A DNA stretch of 34,029 nucleotides from Chiloscyllium plagiosum (lineage: Eukaryota). Below, piece by piece: positions 12,826 through 25,048 of this stretch; within the stretch, counting starts at the first letter, position 1, and each line of letters starts with the position of its first letter. The notes below the pieces were generated by a model. The model was not told where the DNA came from. It saw nothing but the letters and a program-made list of their open reading frames with translations, and searched no databases. The stretch covers positions 81,031,212 through 81,065,240 of the forward strand of contig NC_057719.1 of assembly GCF_004010195.1 (NCBI RefSeq), read 5' to 3'. Both the position numbers and the translations under genes were made by a program.

Positions 12826-13359
12826 CTGGAGGATCTTGTGAGACTACTGAGGAAGCGTGAGGTAATCTGTAAAGATACACCTGGGTGAACTACAATAGCT
12901 AAACATAATGTGGACATAGGACAGTCAGGACCCATAAAACAGTATCCTTATAAGTTGAGACCACAAGGTGGAAACAAAGATTAAAGTAGCTGGAGTTCAC
13001 CAGTACTACTGGGTTATTAAACTGATTGGATCAACTGGACTTTCTATAGTTCTAGAAAGGTAAATATAGTCACATCGACAAGTTCATATCTAAATCCACG
13101 GTTAGAAGACTGCATTGATCGAGTTGGTTATGCTTAAGATTAATCTATTGAAGTGCTATAGCCAAGTGCCAGTGACATCACAGGCTATTGAAATAGCTTA
13201 GGTAGCACCAAATGGTTTGTATTAATTTAGAGTGATGCCATTTGGATGAAAGAACACCTCAGCTACATTCCAAAGGCTTATAGATTGAGTTGTAGTTGAT
13301 GTTCATAACTGTAGTTTATTTAGACAAAATTATAGTATATAGTGTCACATGGGAAGAAC

Positions 13360-13919
13360 ATAAATGATTTGGATGTGAACATAGGTGGAATAGTTATTAA
13401 GTTTGCAGATGACACCAAAATTGGAGGTGTAGTGGACAGCGAAGAAGGTTACCTCAGGGTACAACAGGATCTTGATCAGATTTGAGCTATAGGCAGAATA
13501 GGCTGGGGCTGTTTTCCCTGGAGGGTCGAAGGCTGAAGGGTGACCTTATAGAAGTTTACAAAATCATGAGGTGCATGGATAGGATAAATAGATAAGATCC
13601 TTCCCCTGGGGTGGGGAGTTCAGAACTAGAGGGCATAGTTTTAGGGTGAGAGGAGAAAGATATAAACAGGACCTTAAGGAGTAACTTTTCCACGCAGAGG
13701 GTGGTGCATGTATAGAATGAACTGCCAGCGGAAGTGGTGGAGGTGGGTACATTTACAGCATTTAAAAGACATCTGGATAGGTAAATGAATAGGAAGGGTT
13801 TAGGACATGGGCCAAGTGCTAGCAAATGGGACTAGATTAGGTTAGGACATCTGGTTGGCATGGATGAGTTGGACCAAAGGGTCTGTTTCCGTGTGGGCTG
13901 TAATCTCTATAATTCTATG
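13360..13919 (+). mobile_element. Young CR1/HER1-type LINE 3' fragment nested in the gypsy RT
   Basis: INDLDVNIGGIVIKFADDTKIGGVVDSEEG motif and tail gggtctgtttccgtg..ctctataattctatg. Inserted just after YLDKIIVYSVTWEE. Confidence 0.88.
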
Positions 13920-15039
13920 TAGAAGGCCTGTTTAAGCAATTATAGTTGGCTAGTTTAATCATAAATTGAGCTAGAATTCAGGAAAGAAGAAGTAATTTAC
14001 CCAGGTCATACCACAGGTCAAGGACAAGTGTTACAAAAGACAGTGAGACTGAATGCTCTAATAGAACTCACTGTTCCTAAAGCTAAACAAAAACATAGAA
14101 TGTTACAGTGCAGTACAGGCCCTTCGACCCTCAATGTTGTAGTCATAACATTTTTAGGAATGTGTAGACTTTACCAGAAATTCATGCGTAATAGCTGTGT
14201 CTTGAACAAATTTGTTAAAAGAACAAACAAAAATGGCACAGTCAGCAGAACACCATCTCTTGAGAAGCTGAAGGGACAATCTAATAAGAAACAGTGCTGG
14301 TTGTCCCTATTTTTCAAGACTTTTCAAATTGGAAATTGATGAAAGTGACTTGAGTGCAGTTTTCTTGCAGGATGAAGAGTCAGCAATAGAAAAGCCAGAA
14401 AGACAGGGGATTTAAGATTGACTGGCACTTTAACACTTTGAAGTTTACATCTGACAGTAAAAAAAAATACTAATTCACACTGAGTATAATGAATTGGCCT
14501 TCAGTGAAAAGTCGAAAACCAGGAATTCCAGGCTATTTAGATGGAATTTTTTTATTGCAACTATTTAAATTTTATTCACATTGCCGTAAAAGATAATATA
14601 ATTGATGATACATTGTCCAGAATGATAAGTGCTAGGAATAAGTTAGAAGTTTCAGAAATTCTAAGATCGTAGATTACAATATAAGAATCCAGTAGCACCA
14701 CTGCAGTTTTGTCTCAAGACCATTTCCTATTGTTCTCAAAAAATAAGTTTGTCACAGTGACATCATAGGCTAGGAAAGCCTCCAAGTCCAACTACGCATC
14801 AGTTACATTACCCAACCCTGTAAATGATCTGAGGAAGTGGAAGCTCCATTCCTTTCTGCTTGTTTTGCAGCCAGATTCTACAGCAATCTAACAGGAATCT
14901 TCCAAACTGACACCAATATTTAGAAATTAAAAGCTTATGTGAGTTGCACCAAGCGTCATTCACATTCTTGATTTAAGATTCAATTTGTCTGGAGCAGACT
15001 CTATCAATTAAACTAATCGTGTCCTCCGACCTGGCCAAG

Positions 15040-15240
15040 TTCTGGGTTTTCTCCAGGTGGTCCAGTTCCGGCCCACAGTCCAAGATGTGCAGGTTAAGTG
15101 GATGGGCTCTGCAAGATGTGTAGGTTAGGTGGATTAGTCACGGGGATTTCAGGATTGTATAATGGGGAGGGTCTGGGTTGGATGCTTTTCGGAGGGGGTA
15201 TGGCTGAATTGCCTGCTTCCACGCTGTAGGGATTCTATAG
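15040..15240 (+). mobile_element. HE1-type V-SINE, 5'-truncated
   Basis: cccacagtccaagatgtgcaggttaag...cttccacgctgtagggattcta matches the 3' half of the other copies. Confidence 0.8.
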
Positions 15241-16769
15241 TTCCAAGTCAAAATCAAGAGACTGAATAAATTGCACTGGTTAAAAAAGGCTCCTCAAATT
15301 ATGCACATTTTTATGGAAACAGAGAAATCTGTAGGCATGTCTTAAAACAGATTATATTTGCTAAGAAACTAGCTAGTGAACACTGACAAAAACAATTTTT
15401 TCAAGTGGGCTTTAAATGACTTAGAGGTACATGAATGGACATCCTAAAAATTTGTATTTTTGGTAATAGACTCAGAAATATATATCAAGAAATGCTTAAT
15501 AATTACTTTCATAATACAAAGGAACTGCTTATGCTTATTGCTATTTGTGGGGTTTTGCACATTCCCTATTTTACTGTGGTCAAAAGTATTCATTAGTTGT
15601 AGAGAAGCATTTTCAGATGCCCCGAGGTAATGCAATGTATTATGTATGACAATATGGTGACTCTGTTCAAAAGGTGCAAGAGATCCAGCAATGAGGCAAG
15701 ATGCAAAAATGGAGAATGGCTATTTCATGGCAGGGAGCAGGTGACCAGTACCTATGAATCAGTGCAAGCAGAGAAATGGTAGATTTAGGTGACATAGGGA
15801 CTATTGGGGCTGGTAGTGTTCAACAGTTTGAAGAAAGAATTAAGTAAATACATTTTCAAAATAAATCATAATGCATTTTGAATATTACAAGAGAAAATAT
15901 ATTTAGAATTTTAAGGCTTATTCAATTTTCAGTTGAACCAAAAATTTATACCATTTACACTATCCACCCCTGTCAAAGGTCTAGGAAAGTGGAAGCTCCG
16001 TTCCTTCCTGAACCTTTTGGATAATACAGTTATAGTAACTTGTACTTTTCAAGTTCCAGTTTTGGCTCCATCTTAAACAACATTGATTAATTCAGCATGA
16101 CAATCTGGAGATTCCTTATGTTTGGTAGGAGTTTAAATGCAACTTCCTACACTCAGACTGTGGCAAAGTAATTGATTAAAACGATAAATTTCAATATCAC
16201 AATAAACTCTTATTCAGAAGAAAGGGCCACTTGGCTTCGGTGATTTTAAGGAACTCTCAGAGTTCAAGAGAGCAACTAGAACAGGTTCTTAGATCATTCC
16301 ACTTTTACACTTCGCAACCCAACAAAGTCAAACTTGGCCAAGCGTGACGTACAAGGTAAATTCAGGAGAAGGGACAAGAGCTGAAGGGCAAGTGTTCAGA
16401 AATGGTCCATTCACTGAAATGGTAGGAGAGCAAGGAGACCAATTTTCTGATCAAAGCATCAATTTGAGGGGGAAAAATCAACAAAACTGTGTGTGAAGGA
16501 AACTGGTAAAGGACCATCAGCAAGTTTCCAGCCCCTTTTCATATCGGAAAAAAAGCTGCCACCTATTTTGTTCTCTCTTATGAAACACAGCCACACATAT
16601 AAGTGGAAACACAAGAATGCACCGATACCAGATCTTTCTTAACCACCAGCTAGCACACTGCAGCACCAAGATGACCTGATCATTTTCAATCACATAAGGA
16701 AATCCCAGCTACAGATATACTAGATTGTGTACAAGTTAGAAATTAGCACACAAACTATATCTATTTTAC

Positions 16770-17098
16770 CTGGCAGAATATCCCACCCCTAGCGGTTTGT
16801 GTTGAGTTTTTCTTGGATCTGGGGTGTTCAGGTGTGATGCAGATTTCTGGTTTGCCCCAAACTTCTTGTTTCGCCGTCTCTGTTGCGAGTTCACGTCTCC
16901 TGTTCCATCTTCCCCTCTGCTACTTCCCATCTTGCCCTTAAATGGGACATCTATCAGGCCCTGGCACCGTGCCAGCATCTGCTTCCAGGTGGGCTCACAG
17001 TCACATGGCACACAATTTTCAAGTAGTGCAGAACCGAATCCCAGCAACTGAAAGTACAGAGCCACTGATATCTGGGCATCTTGTGCAGCATAGGCTAC
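16770..17098 (-). CDS. EXD2: EXD2 coding exon 4 (329 nt), ExoIII motif YAAQD and linker
   Basis: Acceptor ccctcag|GTA; translates VAYAAQDAQISVALY...DPRKTQHKPLGVGYSA(R); phase-2 donor AG|gtaaaa. Confidence 0.96.
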
Positions 17099-17214
17099 CT
17101 GAGGGCACAAAATAGAATGCAGAAGTGAGATACAAACTAAAACCATTACCCAAAACCTGCAAATGTGTCAAAACAAATTACTGTGTGTAATAAGAGACTG
17201 GTTGGTGAATACTA

Positions 17215-17965
17215 GAGACATAAGAACAGGAGCAAGCCATGCAGTCCCTTGTGCCTGTTGTGCCATTAGATTATGGATACCTTTGATATAATCACATGTT
17301 TGGTGAACATAAACACACATCAATATCAGATTTAGATCTAACAACTAATACAGCACCCACTGCCATTTTCTGAAAAAAAGCACAACATTTTAGATGACCC
17401 TTAGTGCGTGGAAGTGTCTTCTAAACTGAACTCCCGCAATTTTTTTCCCAATACTAGATTCCCCAGGCAGTGGAAATAACTTCTCCAAATCTACCCAATC
17501 AGTGCTCTTAATACCTTGAAAACTAGAATTAATTTTACACTTTGTCTTTCAAGTTCCCAAGGATAGGTCCTTAAATTATGTAATCTGTCCTCATCTGTTA
17601 ACCACTGGAGTCCAGGTCACATTTTTTGTGAATTGATACTACACTCTCTTGAAGGTCAATTTGTCCTTGCTAAGGTGTTTGTTTGTTTGTTTTCAATGTT
17701 TCTGAAGTGTCTAACCAGAGCTGTGTATAGCTGTATCATGACTTTTGATAGCTCATACTTTAGTCTTCAAGATAAAACCATTCAACATTTTATTAGCATG
17801 TTTTATTATCATTCAGACACATCCTTGATAGCTTCATGATATGCATAAATGGACCTCTGCTGTTTCTCGCTTTTCACCATTTAAAAAAACATTCTGGTCT
17901 ATGTTTTTTGGCCCAAAGTGGATGACCTCACACTTGCGTATACTAAAATTAATTTGTCACATTTT
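17215..17965 (-). mobile_element. Old CR1-type LINE fragment
   Basis: Reverse-strand CR1 tail (cataagaacaggagcaagccat) and ccaaagtggatgacctcacactt (reverse of KCEVIHFG). Confidence 0.65.
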
Positions 17966-18661
17966 AATCTCAGTGATACTAACAGTTATTCTCATGTTTA
18001 ATAGAACAAAAAGATCTAAGGCTCTACACAGGGGTATTAGAAAATGATACCAAGCCACATAATGAGGTATTCATTCAAGTGATAAATGTCTTGCTTAGAG
18101 AGGTAGGTTTCAAGGATATCTTAAGGGAAGGAAGCAAGATAGAGAGGAGGAGAAGTGCTGGGAGTGAATACCTGAGCTTAGGGGCTCAGATGCTGAAGAC
18201 GTGGCCACCAATGGAGGAATGATTCAAGTTCAGAATCCTCCAGTGACCAGAATGAGAAAAGCACAGATGTTCCGGGGCCATGTGGAACCAGAACATTAAA
18301 TCTTTTTTTAAAACTTTAGTCACTAGGAAGCGGGTATTGCTGCCTGGACTGCATTTGTTGCTCATCCCTCAAAAGGTGGTGGCACCTTCTTGAACCAGTG
18401 AAGTCAATTTGCTGTAGATGTACTCAAAATAATGTTAAGGAGGGAATTTCAAGACTCTGAGCCAATGGTACTGAAGGAACAGGGATATATTTCCAAGTCA
18501 GGATGGTGTGTGGCTCAGACTAAGATACCTTAATGAATTTCTGCAGAGCGTCGGCATTTTTTACACAATTCGTGTTTCTGGTCTGAAGTGCATTACCCAG
18601 AAGTGTGGTCCAGGCAGAGTCAACTGAGGCATTCAAGAGTGCACTGGATGACTAGAATTTT

Positions 18662-19006
18662 TAGAATTAGAATTAGAATCCCTACAGTGTGGAAACAGGC
18701 CCTTTGGCCCAACAAGTCCACACCGACCCTGCGAAGAGTAACTCACCCAGGCCTATTCCCCTACCCTATATTTACCCCTAACTAACCTACTCATCCCTGA
18801 ACACTATGGGCAATTTAGCATGGCCAATTCACCTAACCTGCACATCTTTGGATTGTGGGAGGAAACCAGTGCACCCGGAAGAAACCCACACAGACATGGG
18901 GAGAATGTGCAAACTACACAAAGACAGTTGCCTGAGGCTGGAATCGAACCTGAGTGCCTGGCGCTGTGAGGCAGCAGTGCTAATCACTGAGCCACCATGC
19001 CACCCT
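18662..19006 (-). mobile_element. HE1-type V-SINE, full length
   Basis: A box GTGGCTCAGTGA, B box GGTTCGATTCC, V-domain, and (tctaat)n tail. Confidence 0.9.
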
Positions 19007-19875
19007 TAATATTTGAATGTGCAAAGGTATAGGGAAAAAGGCAGATGAATTGCACTAATCTATAATTGCTCATTGTGATTGCACCAGCTGTCGAATGTGC
19101 TGAATGACATCCTCCAGCACCATAACAATTTTGCGATTCTACGAACAGGATGGGAGATTTGAGGGAGGGAATTTGAAAATAAGGATGGAAATTGTAAAAT
19201 CACAATGATGACTGATTGGGACATAGCACTCAGTGAGTACAGGAGCGATAGGGTCTTGATGTGATACAAGACAGAGGCAGTGTAGCTTTAGAAGACCTCA
19301 AGTTAAGGGGGGATAGAATGCAAAAAAAACAGCCAGAAGGCAATGGAGCAGCCAAGTCCAAAATTATCAAGATATTAATGAAAGCTTCAGCAGCAAATGA
19401 GCTGAAACAAAAGCGAAGTCAGGATATTTTGATACCAATTTCAAATTACTGACTTGGTTATGTTTATTTGGTGAATTCCAACCCTGATGTAAGATGAGCT
19501 TCCTTGGGGGTGACTGGCATGATGGCCTTTTCTGGTAGAAATACACAATATTGAACACATTTTCCATGTCCTTATTTTGACCAAAGTCAATTTTTTTCTT
19601 GACTTCTCTTCATTCTTTCTCTGATGTAATTGTCAAAGTTTTGTATTGATCGCTTGTAAGTTTCATTTCCTCGTCCCTATTTACACCTCTTACTATCTGT
19701 CTTGTCAACTTCTGTTATTCTTTAGAGCACTCCCATTTATCATATCCTATTTTTATGCATTCTTTATTTTTGTTAAGTTTTGTTTCACTTTATTCTTCAC
19801 TTCTCAAGTCACCCAGGGATTGTATTCCCACCAAATGTTAGTTTTTGAAAATCTCCTAATAACTGACAAGAAGAA

Positions 19876-20193
19876 ATTAGATTAGATTACCTACAGTGTG
19901 GAAACAGGCCCTTCGGCCCAACAAGTCCACACCGACCCTCCGAAGAGAAACCCACCCCCTATATTTACCCCTGACTAATCCACCTAACACTATGGACAAT
20001 TTAGCATGGCCAATTCACCTAACCTGCACATCTTTGGACTGTGGGAGGAAACCGGAGCACCCGGAGGAAACCCATGCAGACACAGGGAAAATGTGCAAAC
20101 TCCACACAGACAATTGCTCGTGGCGGGAATTGAACCCGGGTCTCTGGCGCTGTGAGGCAGCAGTGCTAACCACTGAGCCACCATGCCACCCAC
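19876..20193 (-). mobile_element. HE1-type V-SINE, full length
   Basis: GTGGCTCAGTGGTTAGCAC head, GGTTCAATTCC B box, and (atcta)n tail. Confidence 0.9.
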
Positions 20194-20817
20194 CCTGTTA
20201 TTTTTAGCCATTTTTAGATCTGTGCACTTTACTGTGGGAAACCTCAGTTTCAACCTGCTGAAGTTGGACTTGCCTAAATCTATCATCTTAGTAGATGGTT
20301 TGTATTTCTCCCCTTTCAAATACATTGGACACAACGATATTATTATCACTATTTGATAAATAAGCACACATCAATAAAGCCATTTCTCATTACCAAATCT
20401 AATATGGGCTGGCCCTTTTTAGGTCCCTGGAATATATTGTTACAGAAAACTACATAAATAACAGGATAATCCTGCTACTTTTTTAACAGGTGCCTATTTA
20501 CTTATTCCAATGAAATTTGAACTAAACTCCTTGCATTAAAATCTGTCTGTCTTTACTACATGATAGCCCAATCTCTGGTATTAGTTCTGAGTGAGTTAAA
20601 GCAGAGGGCCAAAATGTAACTCCCAACTCAGTCTTAAATCCTTTCCATTTCTTAATTCTACCCATTACATTTTAACTGCCTCTCACATTCGTGATGGGAA
20701 ATTGTGCCATTTTGACATAGCCTGTGCCAGTGGCTCAATCTTTCCTCATTCAGCTATGGTTTAGCAGTAACACCAAATGTTAGTTTTTGAAAATCTCCTA
20801 ATAACTGACAAAAAGAA

Positions 20818-21044
20818 ATTAGATTAGATTACCTACAGTGTGGAAACAGGCCCTTCGGCCCAACAAGTCCACACCGACCCTCCGAAGAGAAACCCACCCC
20901 CTATATTTACCCCTGACTAATGTATCTAACACTATGGGCAATTTAGCATGGCCAATTCACCTAACCTGCACATCTTTGGACTGTGGGAGGAAACCGGAGC
21001 ACCCGGAGGAAACCCACGCAGACACAGGGCGAATGTGCAAACTC
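20818..21044 (-). mobile_element. HE1-type V-SINE lacking its head (part of a local duplication)
   Basis: Near-identical to 19876-20102; ends abruptly at tgtgcaaactc. Confidence 0.9.
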
Positions 21045-21189
21045 TGAGTCAGAAAGTCATGGGTTCATGTCTCACTCTAAAAACTTGAGCATAACATTTG
21101 AGGGGATATGTACCATCAGAAGTGCTATTTTTTAGGTGAGGTATTAAACCAATGTTCCACATGTACATTCAAATAGATGCAAAGAAGGT

Positions 21190-21360
21190 CAATTAATTCA
21201 GTTGGCTCGATGGTTGGTATGTGATGCAGAGTGATGCCAATAGCGTGAGTTCAATTCCTGTACCGGCTGAGGTTACCCTGAAGGACTCTCCATCTCAGCC
21301 TTTCCCCTTGCCTGGTGAGCCTCAGATTATATCATTACCAGTCGTCCCTCTTTAATAGTT
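21190..21360 (+). mobile_element. tRNA-derived SINE (second family) nested in a DeuSINE-like element
   Basis: gatgcagagtgatgccaatagcgtgagttcaattcctgtaccggctgaggttacc, matching the reverse complement of 11150-11352. Confidence 0.7.
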
Positions 21361-22004
21361 ACCTGTCTGAAGGTAGAGCAGGCATGTTCTCATTGATCTG
21401 CTCAGCATTAATCTCTCAAACAACATTTTTAAAAAAGATAATCTAGTTATTATCTAACAGCTACTTACGAGAGCTTACTGTGCACAAATTGAATGCTGCA
21501 TTTTCTACATTACAGCAGTGACTTGAGAATACTTCGGAATGTTGAAAGCATTAAAATCATTGTAAAAATGCATATTATTACTGAGATCTTACTGATGTCA
21601 CCATTTACTGTCATTAAGTATGTGCTCAACAAGGAAATATGACATTCATTTTTTTTTAATAAGCACTTGATGTTATTGAGGGCCAAATTAAGCTGGCATC
21701 CTGAACATGGTGACTACTTACATGAATAAAGGATGTTTTATCTGTTAAAAGGTACTAATGTGCTCTGCAGGAACCTAATGAAACCAAACATTTTACAGCC
21801 AAAAAAGGAAACGATACAACAGATGATAAGGAAAAGGTCCCTTAAATGAGAAGAGAGGTGTAGAAAGGGAAAACCAAGGGAATTCCAAAGATGAGCACTT
21901 GCGCAGCTCAAAACACAGCTTGATTCTACTTTGATTACATACAGTAAAATAAGAGTAAATTAAGGCAAGACACAGCTGCCAAAGGTGGAGCATAGAAAGT
22001 CAGA

Positions 22005-22353
22005 TACCATATAATCCCTATGGTGTGGACACAGACCATGTGGCCCAACAAGTCCACACCGACCGTCCAAAGAGTATCACACCCAGACCCATGTCCCTAC
22101 CCTATAATCCTTCATTTCCCATGATGAATGCATCTAACTTACACATCACTGAACACTATGGGCAATTTAGCATGGCCAATCCACCTAACTGGCACATCTT
22201 TGGACTGCAAGAGGAAATCGGAGCATCTGGCAGAAACCCATGCAAACAAAGGGAGAACACGCAAACTCCACACAGACAGTCGCCCGAGGCTGGAATTGAA
22301 CCCGAGTCACTGGCACTGTGAGGCAGCATTACTAACTACTGAGACACTGTGCC
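22005..22353 (-). mobile_element. HE1-type V-SINE, diverged
   Basis: Colinear with the 18662-19006 copy along its whole length. Confidence 0.88.
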
Positions 22354-22829
22354 AATGTGTGCAACAGTTGAAGATCACAAGAGACCAGGGTTAGAGGAAA
22401 GCAGAATTTTGAGGCAGGTGGTGATGGAGGACATTACAAAAATAGAGATTTAAGGTTTTGGAGGAGTTGAAACACAAAAATGGGAATTTTAAAATCCATG
22501 CACCTTGCAGTCAGTGAGCATAGGGATGATGCTTGAGTAAATATGAATTAGGAAACAGGCATAAAGTTACACAGGAACTGGTGTTTACATAGGAAGAAAG
22601 GAGATTAATTCTACTTTAGTCTGAAGAAAGGATGGGCTTTCTGCAGCAGATAGGCCAGTGACAGATGATAGCAAGAAAACGGAAGCTGTGATTGGGAATC
22701 ACCACAGACCTTTCCAAATCTCTGATGAAATGGAACACAAAGGGGCTTACCTCTCAAACAAAGATACATGAATACAAAGTGCTTGCAATATTCCAAATAA
22801 TTTTATAAACTCTCCTTTAACAAGAGTAC

Positions 22830-22956
22830 CTGTTCGTTGGAGAGTTCTTCTGCCTCCCAATTGCTACACCGCAGATGGAGGGACTTGTCAAGGGTATAAT
22901 TTAAGATGTCTTGAGCTAAGAACTTCAGACTGGGGGAGCACGCAAAGCTATTCTTC
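22830..22956 (-). CDS. EXD2: EXD2 coding exon 3 (127 nt; 130 nt if the upstream AG is used)
   Basis: Not in the ORF track; read manually as (R)KNSFACSPSLKFLAQDILNYTLDKSLHLRCSNWEAEELSNEQ. Acceptor ttacagcag|G; phase-0 donor CAG|gtactc. Confidence 0.95.
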
Positions 22957-23789
22957 CTGCTGTAACAAAGAAAAGGGGACCTGGATTAATAGCCGAAAAC
23001 TGCTTTAAATATACATCAACTAAACAGGCAGCAAGGAAACGCTATACAGCAGATTATAATGTAGCATCAAGCATCCTTTAAAAGTATCATAATAAGTTTG
23101 AAGTAATTTGAAGTAATACATCCAACCATGTGTGTTTGGAATCTAGATAAAAGGAAGCCAAATAACTCAACCCTCATTGTTCAAAATTCCAATATATCAT
23201 ACCCCTTTGGAATACATTAAACTATTACAGTTTCAATATCAGTCCATAGCACAGAACTCCAACTAAACCAACACCTTTCCCTTTGACTCATGATGAAAAG
23301 AATTTCAATGGCCTCTAAACTTTCCCTAATTCGTTCTTATTTTGCAGGATTCAATCAAAGTAAATTCTATTCACTCCAACCTCAATTCCCAATCTCTCAC
23401 ACAGAAACACACATATTTCATTGAAAACTCATTGTAGGTTTCTGTAGAACAGCTGACATTTAAGGGTTGGTTGCCCAGTAGGTATTTTCAATGGTAAAGA
23501 GGACTCATTGTTTGATGCATAACAATTTCTACATTACAGCAAAAGTATATTTGCCCTATGAGTGCACAACAAAGTGCAACTGTTTTCTGGATTATTTTCT
23601 GACCATTTTTCTCATCAGTAACTGACAATGTCTTTGGTGCAAAATTACACAAAACTTGAGATCATATACTGTAGCATCAGGCACCCTTTAGAAGTACCAT
23701 AATTACTTCAGATTTCAGTATGAACTTATCCAAGGAATTCACTGCTATACTTTGAAAAGGTCCTCTGCCCTTCCTGCCTGTCTACAAAA

Positions 23790-23975
23790 GACTGTGTCAG
23801 GTCATTGAGTATATTTAAAATGGAGATAGATAGGTTCTTGATTGTAAAGAGAATCAATGGTTCCGGGCAGAAAGTGGGACAATGGGGTTGAGAAACATAT
23901 CAGCCATGATTGAATGGCGGAGCAGGCTGGATGGGCTGAATGGCCTAATTTCTGCACCTGTGTCTTATGGTCTGA
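23790..23975 (+). mobile_element. CR1-type LINE 3' tail
   Basis: gagatagataggttcttgatt..cagccatgattgaatggcggagcag..gggctgaatggccta. Confidence 0.75.
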
Positions 23976-25048
23976 GGATCAAATGCTTCCAAAAGCTGAA
24001 TTCAAACGTGATAGTTTTATCCAGAGTTTGACTCTGTGAATTACATCAGATTGTGTAGCATTTCCAATGTTCCAAATACCTCAGTATCATTCAGTTGTGT
24101 TGAGGAATATGCTTCTACTTTGGTATAAATAAATTTGAAAACCATATACATTTCAAAAGTTGTACCATGTTGAAATTTACAGATTTTTAAAGAGACACTG
24201 GGTGTGTGCAAGAGACGGAAAAGTGAATGATTGCTTTCTGAATATACATCAGTTGCAAGCTTTTTGCATACTGCAAAAAGAAACTAAGAGAAAGACTTAC
24301 CTCGTTTCATATTAATTAAATTTTCAAAAATGTTCAAGCCTATACTATAATAACAGAAAAGATCATTCGAATACATTCATTCCTAACACTCAGGAGAGAC
24401 AGAAGGACACAAGAGCAAGAGAAAAAGAACAGGAAGCTTCTCTATTTTATAAAGAAAGTTTAAAATGAAACAAAGCTTCTGTTAATGTTAGATTGATCTA
24501 GTAAACAGGCATTAATGTTAAGTGTTAATATCAATACTTGGAGTTAAAGAGTAAGCAGGTGAGGGGTGTTAATTGATCAATTTCCCATCCACTCCAAGAG
24601 TGTGCAATAACATCTCTGAACAAATTGATTAGAAAATATCTTTCAGAAAGGTTATCCATATCGTCAAAATAGCCCCATGTGTACACACATTGCACATGGC
24701 AGGAGTGTTTGTTTTTTTTTATACACTACCTTTTTACTGGAACTAATTACATTGAATCATTAAGATTATTGATGCTATATTACTGTTTGCCTTCTTCAAC
24801 TGCTGCCTACATTCCAGCACATATCAAGTCCTGTTCAGCTACCACATTAACTGCTGCTGCTGTTGTCATCATATCAAGATGAGGCCATACATGACATCAC
24901 CAGGCTGGCACTGGAGATTGGAGCTGATGAAGTGAACTTTGCCTCTTTGGCGGAGTAGATTTCTTGATTCATTGAGGAGACAGGGAGAACTGAGACAGTG
25001 AACAAATCAATAAGCTCTCTGTTCAGGGAAGGAGCCGTGTCTTGGTCT

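Larger units (their letters stand above)
8870..14630 (+). mobile_element. Decayed Gmr1-like Ty3/gypsy LTR retrotransposon internal region (gag-PR-IN-RT-RH)
   Basis: Frameshifted motifs read by hand. Gag: FEKMARQ ~9285, ELVPEAFRQ ~9430, TTYEAVREIMRLKEF ~9750, knuckle CFHCRKVG..ECWK 10057-10106. Integrase: KTYHTCQVVGK ~10975, EEPFS*VVVDCV 11053, WDKGLDFLLF ~11645, FELSYGQEIKGPL ~11710. RT: SWSSPVLL ~12990, PRLEDCIDRVG ~13096, RVMPFG ~13230, YLDK 13317. RNase H: FKLEIDESD ~14322, DTLSR ~14610. LTRs not identified. Confidence 0.88.
20750..21575 (+). mobile_element. Old SacSINE1/DeuSINE-like SINE, interrupted twice
   Basis: Head ctatggtttagcagtaacac|..|tctgagtcagaaagtcatgggttca. Deu-like core agaagtgctatttttt aggtgaggtattaaacc. 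Tail tgtgcacaaattgaatgctgcattttctacattacagcagtgact. Named from recalled similarity. Confidence 0.65.

Noticed and set aside
14750..15030. 3' LTR of the gypsy element starting at tgtcac
   Set aside because: No matching 5' LTR upstream of gag, and no clear polypurine tract or TSD.
18588..22394. Family of similar short ORFs (MWKQALRPNK.., MGNLAWPIHLTCTSLDCGRK..) resembling a paralogous peptide cluster
   Set aside because: All are antisense reads of HE1 SINE copies, so the similarity reflects the repeat.
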